This document shows positions 9,401 through 18,500 of a stretch of DNA of 64,000 nt, in pieces; the first letter of the stretch is position 1, and each line of letters starts with the position of its first letter. Below the pieces are notes generated by a model. That model saw nothing but the letters and a program-made list of their open reading frames with translations. It made no database searches and was not told the DNA's origin. Made by a program: the position numbers and the translations under genes. The stretch is from Flavobacteriales bacterium. Its GTDB lineage: Bacteria; Bacteroidota; Bacteroidia; Palsa-965. The stretch spans positions 163,880 through 227,879 of the forward strand of contig JBEIPA010000007.1 in assembly GCA_040377305.1 (NCBI GenBank), written 5' to 3'.

Positions 9401-10644
9401 GAACAACAGTTTCTGTTTCCCCAACAGCAAATGAAACATATACAGTTACCGGAACAGACGCAAATGGATGTACAAACACAAACACGGTTGCAATCACGGT
9501 ACTTGCACGTCCTACGGTTACCGCTTCATCTCCATTCACGCAAGTCTGCAACGGAGGTAACACTACACTAAACGGTGGCGGTGCAGTAACGTACAACTGG
9601 ATGCCAATCAATCAAAATGGATCGTCAGTTTCAACGCCAATCACAGCAACAACTGCGTTCACGGTTACAGGAACTGCAGCTAATGGTTGTACGAACACGG
9701 CAACGATCAGCATTACCATGTTGCCAACACCAACTGTTTCTGCAACGAGCAACACAACAACGGTGTGCAGCGGAAATTCGGTAGATCTCCTTTCAACTGG
9801 AAACGGAGTTAATTACATCTGGTTCCCGGGAATGTTAACCGGCCAGAATGTTACAACGATTCCTTCTGCATCTACCACGTATACGGTTACAGCTTATGGA
9901 TCGAACGGATGTACACGCAATTCTACGGTTTCAGTAACGGTAGACGCATCACCTGCTTTGTCAACATCAGGAGTGAATGCGATCTGTGAAGGTTCTTCTT
10001 CTACGCTTACAGTTTCCGGCGCAAATACTTACATGTGGATGCCTGGAATGCTAAACGGAAACAGTCAGGTGTTAACTCCTGCGTCTACAACTACTTATAC
10101 TATAGTCGGTACAGGAGCCAATAGTTGTATGGACTCAGTGAACGTAACAGTGACTGTTAATTCAAACCCGGTTGCAGCGTTAACCGTGACTAGTGATACG
10201 GTGTGCAATATTGACGGAGCAGTTACACTGAATGGTTTGCCTTCAGGCGGATCTTATGTCGGTAACAGTGTAGTTGGAAATTCATTCGACCCTACAACAG
10301 CTCCGATCGGAAGCAACGTAATTTCGTATATCTATACGGACGGTAATGGATGCTCAGATACGGCGAACTCTGCAATTGTTGTGGACATTTGTCTGTCAGT
10401 GGAGAACACAATCGCAGGAGCGTTCAATGCTTATCCAAATCCATTTACTGATCGCTTGACGCTCACATCAGATGCAGTGATTGAGAAAGTTGAAGTGTAT
10501 AACGCAGCCGGACAGCTCTTGTTTGCGCAACAGACTAATGCTTCCATGGTTGAATTAAATATGAGTCAGTTTGAAAGTGGTGTTTACTTCGTTAAGTTAA
10601 CAGGTGGCGAGGCAAGCACAATGATTACCGCAGTTAAATTGTAA
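6454..10644 (+). CDS. Choice-of-anchor I (alkaline-phosphatase-associated propeller) family protein with lamin-tail-like, Calx-beta-like and Ig/PKD-like domains and a T9SS CTD
   Basis: Start MRKIFTALTLLFSVGASA|Q; ISEFLPNPSGTD (LTD); SAEIVAHD, GAMPDMLTF, CEGEP, FEPEY, MYQPDAI, TANEGDAR, RSDDKGPEPEG, LERIGG (choice-of-anchor I); several YTVTGT..NGC repeats; YPNPF CTD. Confidence 0.88.
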   Translation: MRKIFTALTLLFSVGASAQLGPGLIISEFLPNPSGTDSPYEQIELVATRTIDFGITPYSVVVTNNSGTIQGWIQGGTTTYGFEITTGIVNAGDVVYVGGSLMATSGVVLRSINTLTTGGDGFGNPSSGPFGNGGSNADGVAVFAMPVMSITPSSVPVDAVFCGAGPTTGTAVVNAGLDGYQLPVNDLYPGGKLQSGSFIAPDPGSAQYIVSTGAFNPATGAFTTARNWIATTTQSDMVTGITLGAVASPSLTISGTHVFVNESATSVNVTVNVTNPNNGQAVFTLSSLPYSTASGADFTPVTYVVPAAGSGAQTITIPLLTDAIAEKDEYIALSFTALYNSSASATVVYYIYIKDDDTPVPVATNEIFLDSISTFQNGASGSNSAEIVAHDPSTQRLYIANSIAAKLDIVNFANPASPTLITSINMMPTYGNINSVAVYDSIVACAIESSTNPQDSGMIVFFNYNGVFIKQVKVGAMPDMLTFNHAGNKIIVACEGEPNNAYTNDPDGTVCVVDISAGVANVTQANVTFIGFTAFNGSENALRASGIRIYGPFNMASKDFEPEYVTISDNDSLCWVTLQENNAIAMINLVTNTVSIVSPLGYKNYMSAGNALDASDQTSGIALMNAPIFGMYQPDAISHYSVNNQLYLLTANEGDARAYSGLNEESRLSGLTLDPVAFPYGTQMKQNTFLGRLNCTNRLGDTDNDGDIDQIYTYGARSFSIWNGTTGAQVFDSGDQLERITSTHPTYAPLFNMSNGTGAGVAKNRSDDKGPEPEGSAVASINGDNFAFLCLERIGGVMVWNVNNPVAPTYAHYRNHRTLTAGPDRGAEGIIYISAANSPTGSDYVIVANEISSTLSIMQVTTCAERAGVAVTPASFDGCAGGNVTLTAATVANTTYQWMMDDAIIPGATTATYNATASGEYQVMITNTTFGCSGKTEIVPVIFHAAPTVNATVTSGTICTGTSTTLNGSGASTYNWMPGSLSGTTVSVSPTANETYTVTGTDANGCTNTNTVAITVLARPTVTASSPFTQVCNGGNTTLNGGGAVTYNWMPINQNGSSVSTPITATTAFTVTGTAANGCTNTATISITMLPTPTVSATSNTTTVCSGNSVDLLSTGNGVNYIWFPGMLTGQNVTTIPSASTTYTVTAYGSNGCTRNSTVSVTVDASPALSTSGVNAICEGSSSTLTVSGANTYMWMPGMLNGNSQVLTPASTTTYTIVGTGANSCMDSVNVTVTVNSNPVAALTVTSDTVCNIDGAVTLNGLPSGGSYVGNSVVGNSFDPTTAPIGSNVISYIYTDGNGCSDTANSAIVVDICLSVENTIAGAFNAYPNPFTDRLTLTSDAVIEKVEVYNAAGQLLFAQQTNASMVELNMSQFESGVYFVKLTGGEASTMITAVKL

Positions 10645-10664
10645 GTGCGATTGCTGAGGAATGA

Positions 10665-10704
10665 AAAAGCCCCGTCTCGTCAACTTTGATGAGACGGGGC
10701 TTTT
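10665..10704 (+). terminator. Rho-independent terminator
   Basis: aaaagccccgtctcgtcaa / ttgatgagacggggctttt stem with a T-tail after the 6454-10644 gene. Confidence 0.85.
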
Positions 10705-10830
10705 GTTATCCCCAAAAATGCGCATGGAGTTTTCATTCGCACAACATTTGCGTTTAGTAGTTAACCTGAAAGCACGTTCAAAAACATGGAAGACTAACGC
10801 TGCGTTAATATCTATGCGATATTGGCAATC

Positions 10831-10838
10831 TACTTTTG
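10831..10838 (+). promoter_or_regulatory. Bacteroidota -7 promoter element (TAnnTTTG)
   Basis: tacttttg, ending 19 nt before the ATG at 10858. Confidence 0.6.
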
Positions 10839-10857
10839 CTCAGGTTCAATATTCATT

Positions 10858-11253
10858 ATGAATCACGGCGAGCTAAAAATTCTGATTGTTGACGACGAAC
10901 CGGATATCCGGGAAATACTTTCGTACAACTTGTTTCGTCGGGGTTACCATGTACTCACCGCATCCGATGGGAAGGAAGGTTACGAGAAAGCAGTACAGTT
11001 CACACCTGACCTTATTATTCTCGATATTCTTATGCCCGTGATGGATGGTTACGAAACCTGCGTCAAGCTGCGGAACGATCCTCAATTTAATCAGACGAAA
11101 ATTGTTTTCCTCTCCGCATTGAGCGAATTACGTGCGCGTGAATTCGGACTGGAGCTGGAAGCAGATGCGTTCATGGCAAAACCAATCAGAATGGAATTGC
11201 TTCTGAAACGAGTCGAAACCTGGCTGCAAAAGGCAGCAACCCTAGCAACCTGA
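10858..11253 (+). CDS. Single-domain response regulator (PhoP/OmpR-like receiver, no output domain)
   Basis: KILIVDDEPDIREILSYNL...PDLIILDILMPVMDG...FLSA...KPI. The ATG at 10858 is preferred over the track start at 10822. Confidence 0.9.
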   Translation: MNHGELKILIVDDEPDIREILSYNLFRRGYHVLTASDGKEGYEKAVQFTPDLIILDILMPVMDGYETCVKLRNDPQFNQTKIVFLSALSELRAREFGLELEADAFMAKPIRMELLLKRVETWLQKAATLAT

Positions 11254-11257
11254 ACGC

Positions 11258-12067
11258 ATGAGCAAAGCCCGGTATAAGACAATCATACTATCTGATATTC
11301 ATCTGGGCACCTCGACTTCCAAAGCGAAGGAAGTCATTCACTTTCTCAAGCACCATAAATGTGAAACGCTTATTCTGAATGGCGACATCATTGACGGATG
11401 GCAATTGCGAAAATCCGGCGAATGGAAAAAGCAACACACCAAGTTTTTTCGTTTAGTGCTCAAACGTGCTGCAAAGGGAACGAACATCGTATACATCCGT
11501 GGCAATCACGACGATTTTCTGGATCAGGTCCTGCCCTTTACGCTGGGCAATTTCTCAATTAGACTCGATTATTATCTGCAATCGGGAGACAAGCGATATT
11601 ATGTTGTGCATGGCGACCTCTTCGATATGGTTACCACACGTTTGAAGTGGCTGGCAAAACTCGGTGACATGAGTTACACATTCTTGCTGTGGCTGAATAA
11701 GCACTACAATAATTACAGAGAACGAAAAGGTCTGCCTTACTATTCACTTTCACAGGTGATCAAGGCAAAAGTGAAAGGTGCAGTGAGTTTCATTTCTGAT
11801 TTTGAGGCCGAGCTTGCATCCGTTGCAAAGAAGAGAAAGTGCGACGGTGTTATCTGCGGACACATTCATACGCCCGCGGATAAGATGATTGGCGATGTTC
11901 ATTATCTCAATAGTGGAGATTGGGTTGAATCGATGACAGCACTTACGGAAAGCTATGATGGTGAATGGAATATTATTTACTACGCGGATTGGCTCAGGAA
12001 ACATCAGGCTTTACAGGCCGATGAAGCAACTCACAACATTCGGGAACTAAATCAATCGATCGCATGA
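11258..12067 (+). CDS. plcP: PlcP-type metallophosphoesterase (phospholipase C; often annotated UDP-2,3-diacylglucosamine hydrolase-like)
   Basis: SDIHLG, GDIIDGW, GNHD (not LpxH GNRD), HGDLFD, WLAKLGD, GLPYYSLS..K.KVK.AV.FISDFE, DGVICGHIH, NSGDWVES. Confidence 0.8.
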   Translation: MSKARYKTIILSDIHLGTSTSKAKEVIHFLKHHKCETLILNGDIIDGWQLRKSGEWKKQHTKFFRLVLKRAAKGTNIVYIRGNHDDFLDQVLPFTLGNFSIRLDYYLQSGDKRYYVVHGDLFDMVTTRLKWLAKLGDMSYTFLLWLNKHYNNYRERKGLPYYSLSQVIKAKVKGAVSFISDFEAELASVAKKRKCDGVICGHIHTPADKMIGDVHYLNSGDWVESMTALTESYDGEWNIIYYADWLRKHQALQADEATHNIRELNQSIA

Positions 12068-13212
12068 AACCAAAAGTATTGTTCGTAGTCCAGGGCGAAG
12101 GCAGAGGTCACATGACTCAGGCGATTTCGCTTAGACAGTTACTGGAGAAGAATAACTTCGAAGTGTGCGGAGCACTGGTTGGAACCAGTGAACGCAGAAA
12201 GGTTCCTGAGTTTTTTATTCGCCAGTTCTCGGGCGTGGAAGTTGTCCGTATGCAAAGCCCCAATTTCGTCACGAAGAATAATCGTGGAATAAATATTCCG
12301 GCAACCGCGTGGAGCAATTTGCTTCGTCTCCGAACTTATTTGCGTTCAGCAAAGTTGCTGAAGCAAAAAGTCGCGGAGTTGAATCCGGATATCATCGTGA
12401 ACTTTTATGAACCGATTGTCGGGCTTTATGCCAAAACTGTCCATAAGAGTAAGAGACCACCAATTGTTTCCATCGCGCATCAATATCTCGGAGAGCATAC
12501 CGGATTTAGATTTCCGAAAGGTCATGTGATGGACAGAATATTTCTGAAGCAGTATTCCAATCTAACATCATCCGGTTCAGCTACAATTCTGGCTCTTGCG
12601 TTTGCGCCGCTTGGCTATAACCACAATGATAAATTGAAAGTTGTTCCGCCACTGCTCCGCCAGGAAGTGAAAAAATTGGAAGTGAGCCGCAAAGGATACT
12701 ACTTGTGTTATCTCGTGAATGCGGGTTATCGTGCGGACATAGAGAAATGGCACACGAGTAATCCTGGAGTTTGTCTTCATGTTTTCACCGATATGGAAAT
12801 GGAGAAGGAGTTTGTGGAGGTTCACGAGAATTTATTTTTTCACAAGCTCAGCGATACTAAGTTTCTGAGTTACATGGCGGGTTGTGATGGACTGATCAGT
12901 TCAGCTGGTTTCGAATCAGTGTGCGAAGCGTTTTATCTCGACAAACCGGTTTTTATGGTTCCGGTGGAGGGACATTTTGAACAGCTATGCAATGGACATG
13001 ATGCAGAGCGTGCCGGAGTGGGAATTCATCACACGAAGTTCGACATCGGTAAATTCCTGAATTGGATTCCTCAGCACAAATCCCGATCGGCAGCGTTCCA
13101 AAAGTGGGAAGGTGAGGCCGAGAAGTTATTTCTATGGCATTTTAACCAGGTCATAGAAGCAAACAGATCGACAAATCAACTCACATCAGAATTTCTTTCG
13201 GTAGAATCATAA
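12064..13212 (+). CDS. Glycosyltransferase, MJ1255/VC2487 family (GT-B)
   Basis: VQGEGRGHMTQA, PDIIVNFYEP, SIAHQY, VPPLLR, SAGFESVCEA, VPVEGHFEQLCN. ATGA overlap with plcP. Confidence 0.88.
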   Translation: MKPKVLFVVQGEGRGHMTQAISLRQLLEKNNFEVCGALVGTSERRKVPEFFIRQFSGVEVVRMQSPNFVTKNNRGINIPATAWSNLLRLRTYLRSAKLLKQKVAELNPDIIVNFYEPIVGLYAKTVHKSKRPPIVSIAHQYLGEHTGFRFPKGHVMDRIFLKQYSNLTSSGSATILALAFAPLGYNHNDKLKVVPPLLRQEVKKLEVSRKGYYLCYLVNAGYRADIEKWHTSNPGVCLHVFTDMEMEKEFVEVHENLFFHKLSDTKFLSYMAGCDGLISSAGFESVCEAFYLDKPVFMVPVEGHFEQLCNGHDAERAGVGIHHTKFDIGKFLNWIPQHKSRSAAFQKWEGEAEKLFLWHFNQVIEANRSTNQLTSEFLSVES

Positions 13213-13243
13213 TTTTCAGTTCACTGTTTTCAATATTTAAATT

Positions 13244-14134
13244 ATGACTCGCAAGAGAATTGCATTTGTAATCAATCCGAATTCCGGAAGCGACAAAAAA
13301 ACTGATCGTGTGCGTCTCATTCGCGAGCTGGTGAATTATTCGTACGACAGTGAAATTATTCTGTGGAAGGAAATTTCTGATCGCGATGAAATCTTCAACA
13401 ATATTGTCACGGGCGAGTTTGACATCGCGGTTGCTGTAGGGGGAGACGGAACCGTGAGTCAACTCGCTGAAGTATTGTGCGGAACGAATATTGCACTCGG
13501 AATAATTCCATTTGGATCCGGGAATGGTTTGGCGCGTCATTTAGGTGTTCCGATGAAACCCGTAGAAGCAATTAAGCTTCTTGAAACAGGCATCGTGCGA
13601 AAAATTGATCGCGGCAGAATTAACAACCGATCTTTCTTTTGCACCGCGGGAGTTGGATTCGATGCACGTATCGGAAAACTCTTCGCTGAAAGTGAAAGTC
13701 GCGGCTTCCTCACATACGGGAAGATGACGCTCGGCGAATTGAATTCGTATCGTCCGGAAACTTATTCAATTGACATTGACGGTACAACATTCGAGCGCAC
13801 CGCATTCCTGATGACCATTGCAAATGCCGGGCAATACGGCAACAACGCGTGGATTGCACCGAAAGCAAATGTCACCGACGGCATTTTACATTTCTCAATC
13901 CTGAAAGATTTCAAATGGTGGAATGTTCCCGGCATCGCAGGAAAAATGTTTGCGAAGAAAATTGACACTTCCCGTTTTCTCGAAAGTTTTTCCGGAAAGA
14001 ACATTACGATCACACGAAAGTCGGAAGGCGCAATTCATTACGACGGAGAACCGGATCTGCAGGGAACGCAATTGAATGCGTCGATAGAATTTGAAGCGCT
14101 GAATGTGGTGGTGCCGAAGGAGTTTAAGGGGTAG
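13244..14134 (+). CDS. Diacylglycerol/lipid kinase family protein (DAGKc, YegS/BmrU-like)
   Basis: INPNSG, VGGDGT, IIPFGSGNGLARHLG, GVGFDA, ANAGQYGNNAWIAP, HYDGE. Confidence 0.93.
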   Translation: MTRKRIAFVINPNSGSDKKTDRVRLIRELVNYSYDSEIILWKEISDRDEIFNNIVTGEFDIAVAVGGDGTVSQLAEVLCGTNIALGIIPFGSGNGLARHLGVPMKPVEAIKLLETGIVRKIDRGRINNRSFFCTAGVGFDARIGKLFAESESRGFLTYGKMTLGELNSYRPETYSIDIDGTTFERTAFLMTIANAGQYGNNAWIAPKANVTDGILHFSILKDFKWWNVPGIAGKMFAKKIDTSRFLESFSGKNITITRKSEGAIHYDGEPDLQGTQLNASIEFEALNVVVPKEFKG

Positions 14135-14170
14135 AGGAACAACTTGACAAGTAATCGTGCGTAAACTCGT

Positions 14171-15592
14171 TCACTTCGTAATCAAGAGCTTTTCGGTAAC
14201 AAGCCACTCGTCGTTGCAAATAACCCTCAGAAAATACATACCGTCTGGATAAGCTTCGGTTGAAAGGGAAATCGTGTTCGTTCCATTGAATAGAATGCGA
14301 TCTGCAAGCCGTCCATCAGCCGTTACAATTTCTACACAGCCGTCGGTTATTCCTTCCGGTAGTCCAATGAATACATTTCCGCTTGAGGGGTTTGGATAAA
14401 CTGTAGCAAAATTTGTCGGATCGGGATCATTTATTCCAACACCATCGCAACCCGCAACTTCGCAACCTAAACTATCAACTTTAATAAGCCAAGCATCCTG
14501 ATCGGTCAAATAGCAAGATCCCGCGAGTATAAATCCGTTGTCCGAAGTCGCACGGAAATCATAAATATAGTGGGAGTTATTTGCATTCAACGTATAAGTT
14601 CTTTGCCAGAGAAGATTTCCATTTAAATCAATTTTTGAAAAAAACGATCTTATGATCATCGAGGAATCGGGCAACGACACCCCTGCTACAACGATGCCAT
14701 CTGAACATAAGACAGGTTTAGTGTAAACAACATTTGTACACAATGGAAAGCCAACGTAGGAGTATGAAACAATAGCGCCGCCGGTATCCAGTTGCACGAG
14801 TGTACTCAATTCATCGGGGCCTACTGGTCTATTACAACCGAGCACAAAGTTTGAATCCGGCAACTGTGTAATAAATCCATAACCGGAATAACTATTATAG
14901 CTCTGAGCCCAATCTAAACCGCCCACTTCGTCCACTTTTACCACATACGGATAGCTACCTCGTTGTCCAGACATGATGAATCCTCCGTCAAACGTAAAGT
15001 CACCACACATCAACCCCTCACTCGCAGTTGTGCCGTACGTAGTGTCCAGTTGCACGTTTCCATTCTGGTCAAGGATCAACAACCAAAAATCATATTGTCC
15101 GTTTCCATAGCTCATCGTTGAACCACAAACCCAATAGTTATTATTTGCATCTTGAAAAATTGATGCAAGGATATCTACAGAACTTCCACCATAATTTTTC
15201 ATCCATAACGTATCACCGTTCGTGTTGAATTTAATAACATACCCTTGGCGGTCATTCGCTGTATCAATAGCTGAACCACATTGTACATAATCTCCATTGT
15301 TGTCAACTATGAGACTGTGCGCACCGCCTAAGTTGAATGCTATAGTAGTAAACTGATACTTCTTCGTAAACGTAGTATCCCCGTTCTTATTAGTATTGGT
15401 GAAACAATATCCCTGAAACGCGGGTTGTAGAATGTTAGAAACGAACACGTATCCGCTGTCGAGCTTTTGAACAACACCTCCAGTGTAATCTGAACCCACC
15501 TGAAACGGATAGTTTCTCGAAAAATGAATTTGCTGGGAACAAAGTATAGTTCCCAGCAAATTCAAGATTAATATGTATACAAGTTTTTTCAC
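14171..15592 (-). CDS. T9SS type-A cargo with beta-propeller-type repeats
   Basis: Signal ..LCS|Q; repeated K.(D/N)..G..LW...Y(GG) blades; DAWLIKVDSLGC; CTD VYPNPSSG...YPDGMYFL...EKLLITK. Confidence 0.85.
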   Translation of the reverse strand: MKKLVYILILNLLGTILCSQQIHFSRNYPFQVGSDYTGGVVQKLDSGYVFVSNILQPAFQGYCFTNTNKNGDTTFTKKYQFTTIAFNLGGAHSLIVDNNGDYVQCGSAIDTANDRQGYVIKFNTNGDTLWMKNYGGSSVDILASIFQDANNNYWVCGSTMSYGNGQYDFWLLILDQNGNVQLDTTYGTTASEGLMCGDFTFDGGFIMSGQRGSYPYVVKVDEVGGLDWAQSYNSYSGYGFITQLPDSNFVLGCNRPVGPDELSTLVQLDTGGAIVSYSYVGFPLCTNVVYTKPVLCSDGIVVAGVSLPDSSMIIRSFFSKIDLNGNLLWQRTYTLNANNSHYIYDFRATSDNGFILAGSCYLTDQDAWLIKVDSLGCEVAGCDGVGINDPDPTNFATVYPNPSSGNVFIGLPEGITDGCVEIVTADGRLADRILFNGTNTISLSTEAYPDGMYFLRVICNDEWLVTEKLLITK

Positions 15593-18500
15593 TTGATTAT
15601 TAATAGCTTTTCACTAGCAAGACGTGTGTCGTTGTGAGTAAGTCTAAGATACAACATTCCCTCTGCATATTGGTTGAGATCTAGCTGAATAGGAGAGTCG
15701 CTCGTCACCGGAATCCTCTCTATTAATTGACCAAGAGTGTTTGTGATCTCTAGCACAGACCCCGATTCTACAAGTGCGGCAGGTATCAGTACGGTTGCCA
15801 TTCCAGACGTCGGGTTTGGAAATACTTGCATTGTCTGTACTGCTAGTCCTGATTCGTCCGCATCTGTTGGACCGGCAAACCGACTGCCTCCTCCTGTAGG
15901 TAATGGAATTGGAGAGCGTGCAACAAGTTCGCCACTATAGTATGTTGAAATTACCCTTGCGCAAATTGCGCGTTCATGGTCTATACTATAAATGCTGTCG
16001 GCAATTTCAATTTCTCCTGATGTTGCGGACAACCAACATCTATCATCCTCTTGCTGTGCCAATGAAATAGCTGCCAGAAGCGTCCAAGCACTTTCTTCAC
16101 CAAGAGCCGTGACGATAATGCCAAGCGTTATATCCGCATCATCGAATTCACGAGCAGCAAGTTGTAACAAAAATAAATTTTGTAATTCCGGCACCCGATA
16201 AGCGTCTTGCAATGCGGTAATTCCAGTACCTAGTGAATCAGTTTGGAATGCATACGCAGCAATTTCATTAGCAGCCAGATCTTCCTCAAAGGCGTAAGCT
16301 GCCCATTCTCTCTCCTTAAGTTCACGTACACCCATATCCTCTTGTGCATTCTCAATTTCAGTCATGCTTTCACTCTCAAAAGCAGGATCAGCATTTAGTA
16401 CAGCATCATAGACTACAGGTGACAACCGACCATTCAAACATAAAATGTCAACTAACTGCTCTTCGCTCAAATTCTCACGATATGAAGTCGTTACAAGAAG
16501 AAGCATTGCCTCATCCGATAGCCAAGGAGAAGCAGCTTCAAGAATAGTATACAGCTCGTCGCCACTCTGAGATTTGATATCATCAATCATCTGTTCAGTA
16601 TCACCTCCATCAATGTTCTCGCTTAAATCATTTGCTGCACTTTCTTGTGCACTCCGCAAATTGTTATAATGAGTTGTCTTGTGCTGAATATATGGTCTTA
16701 AAGTTATCCTGGAGGAACATGGATTGGCTTCTGGAACGATTGCACAAGTTTGAACATTTATATTATAACATTGAGGATAATTACTTATCAGCGCTTCGTT
16801 GTAATCGAACGGACCATTTGTAAAAATCGGTTCTGCATAAATTTGATTATCGGGAATACTTGTGCAGGAACTCAAGTATTCATTGCCCGCTAGTAATTCC
16901 GGTAAACCAGCAAGACAATTTCCTTGATTAGCCAACTCTGAATAGACGTTGTTATCACCGTTCAGAATGAAATCATAATTGACCATTTCTTCGAAGTCAT
17001 TGCACATTACCTGTAGTCCATAAGTACTTCCACTTGGTCCACCGTATCCATTGTGGCCTTGAACTTGCACGCCCATACTGGCATGATTTATCACGTTGTG
17101 ATAAACCGTTCCAGAGCCGTAATTTTGACTTGTAAACGGATTTGTAACCGCAGATTCATGCACAACTATGTTATATGAGCAATCGGAACAATCGTTTTGT
17201 GGTGAAATCTGGGTTGAATTATCTCCCACGTTAAAGTTATTATCCTCAATTCTGAAGTCCGTGGATCCGATCATGTAGACCCCTACAGGTTTATCATATC
17301 CACGATTCATTTCCGACGAAGCGTAACCATGCTGAGGAGATTCAGGTACATCAAAGTCGTTGCTATAAATCAGTGAAAAAAAAGTCCCTTCCAACACAAT
17401 ACTGTGAATGTTATTCTCGAAAGTTCCACCAGCTATATGCACCGTACCCGCAGCGAAACCAGAACTTTGCATATGTACTCCATTTGATAAACCTTCGAAG
17501 GTGCATGGATAGTTTGCGTATAATCTCAGTCCAGCTTCCAATCCATAAATTGCGGTGCCGCGCAGATGCGGTTTGTAATTTCCGGGATTAGTATTTGCGA
17601 ATTCGCAGTCATTGAATTGAACATTCTTGACGTCATACATAGTTACGTGAGCAATCCCAGAAGTCGGAGTTACTCCATTGTCCAAATACAGTGAGGGATC
17701 ATAAAAATATTCAGTCGTCTTAAAATCGCAGTTGCTGAATATGCTGATGTTGTTCAGCGTATAATTTGCAGTACCAAAGTTTCTGTACGATAAAAACTGC
17801 ACATCACGCACGTTATTCAAAAACTGACTATTGTATGCACGAATGACACCGCCCTCTGTTCCATATGTATAGTAATCTCCCACCGTAATTCCGTCCCGCG
17901 CATGTTCAAGCGTACAATAATTCAATTCCAAATATCCTTGAGGAGTCGTTGATGCTGAACCTTGTCCCAGAGTTCTGTCTCCAAGAACTTGTACACCCTG
18001 CCATTCCATTTGACAAGCAGGGCCTAGTTTACATCCACTTGACGAGCTACCATTGACAATCAGTCGAGCACCTTTTTCAACTATAATTCCGGCATTTGGT
18101 CCGAATTCCAAATTAACCCCTGCGCCTACGGTTAAGGTATAACCAGAATGGACAACAAGCGCCTGACTGAAACGGACAGTGTTTCCTGTTACTGCTGACC
18201 ATGGAGAAGATCCAGGAAAGTATGTTGCAATGTTCGAAGTAGTAAATGAAGTGTTTGTATTCACGTGATACTGATCGTCGTTGTATAGATCTGCTTCCGT
18301 GCACACATAAGGGCAAGCAACTGTTGAATAACCAGTGTGCGGAATAAGTATTGAACCCGGCAAGTCGGTTATAACCACATTTCCGTATAACTCATCTGGC
18401 CAATACTCCAGTGTTGCATTATTCTCAACAATAATTTCTGCATCCCAGATTGTAACGCATCGTTCAATTACCATCATTGAATTTTCTGTTACGGTGTAAA

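Noticed and set aside
11258-12067. Lipid A enzyme LpxH
   Set aside because: GNHD rather than GNRD, a PlcP-like C-terminal signature, and a DAG-related rather than lpx gene context.
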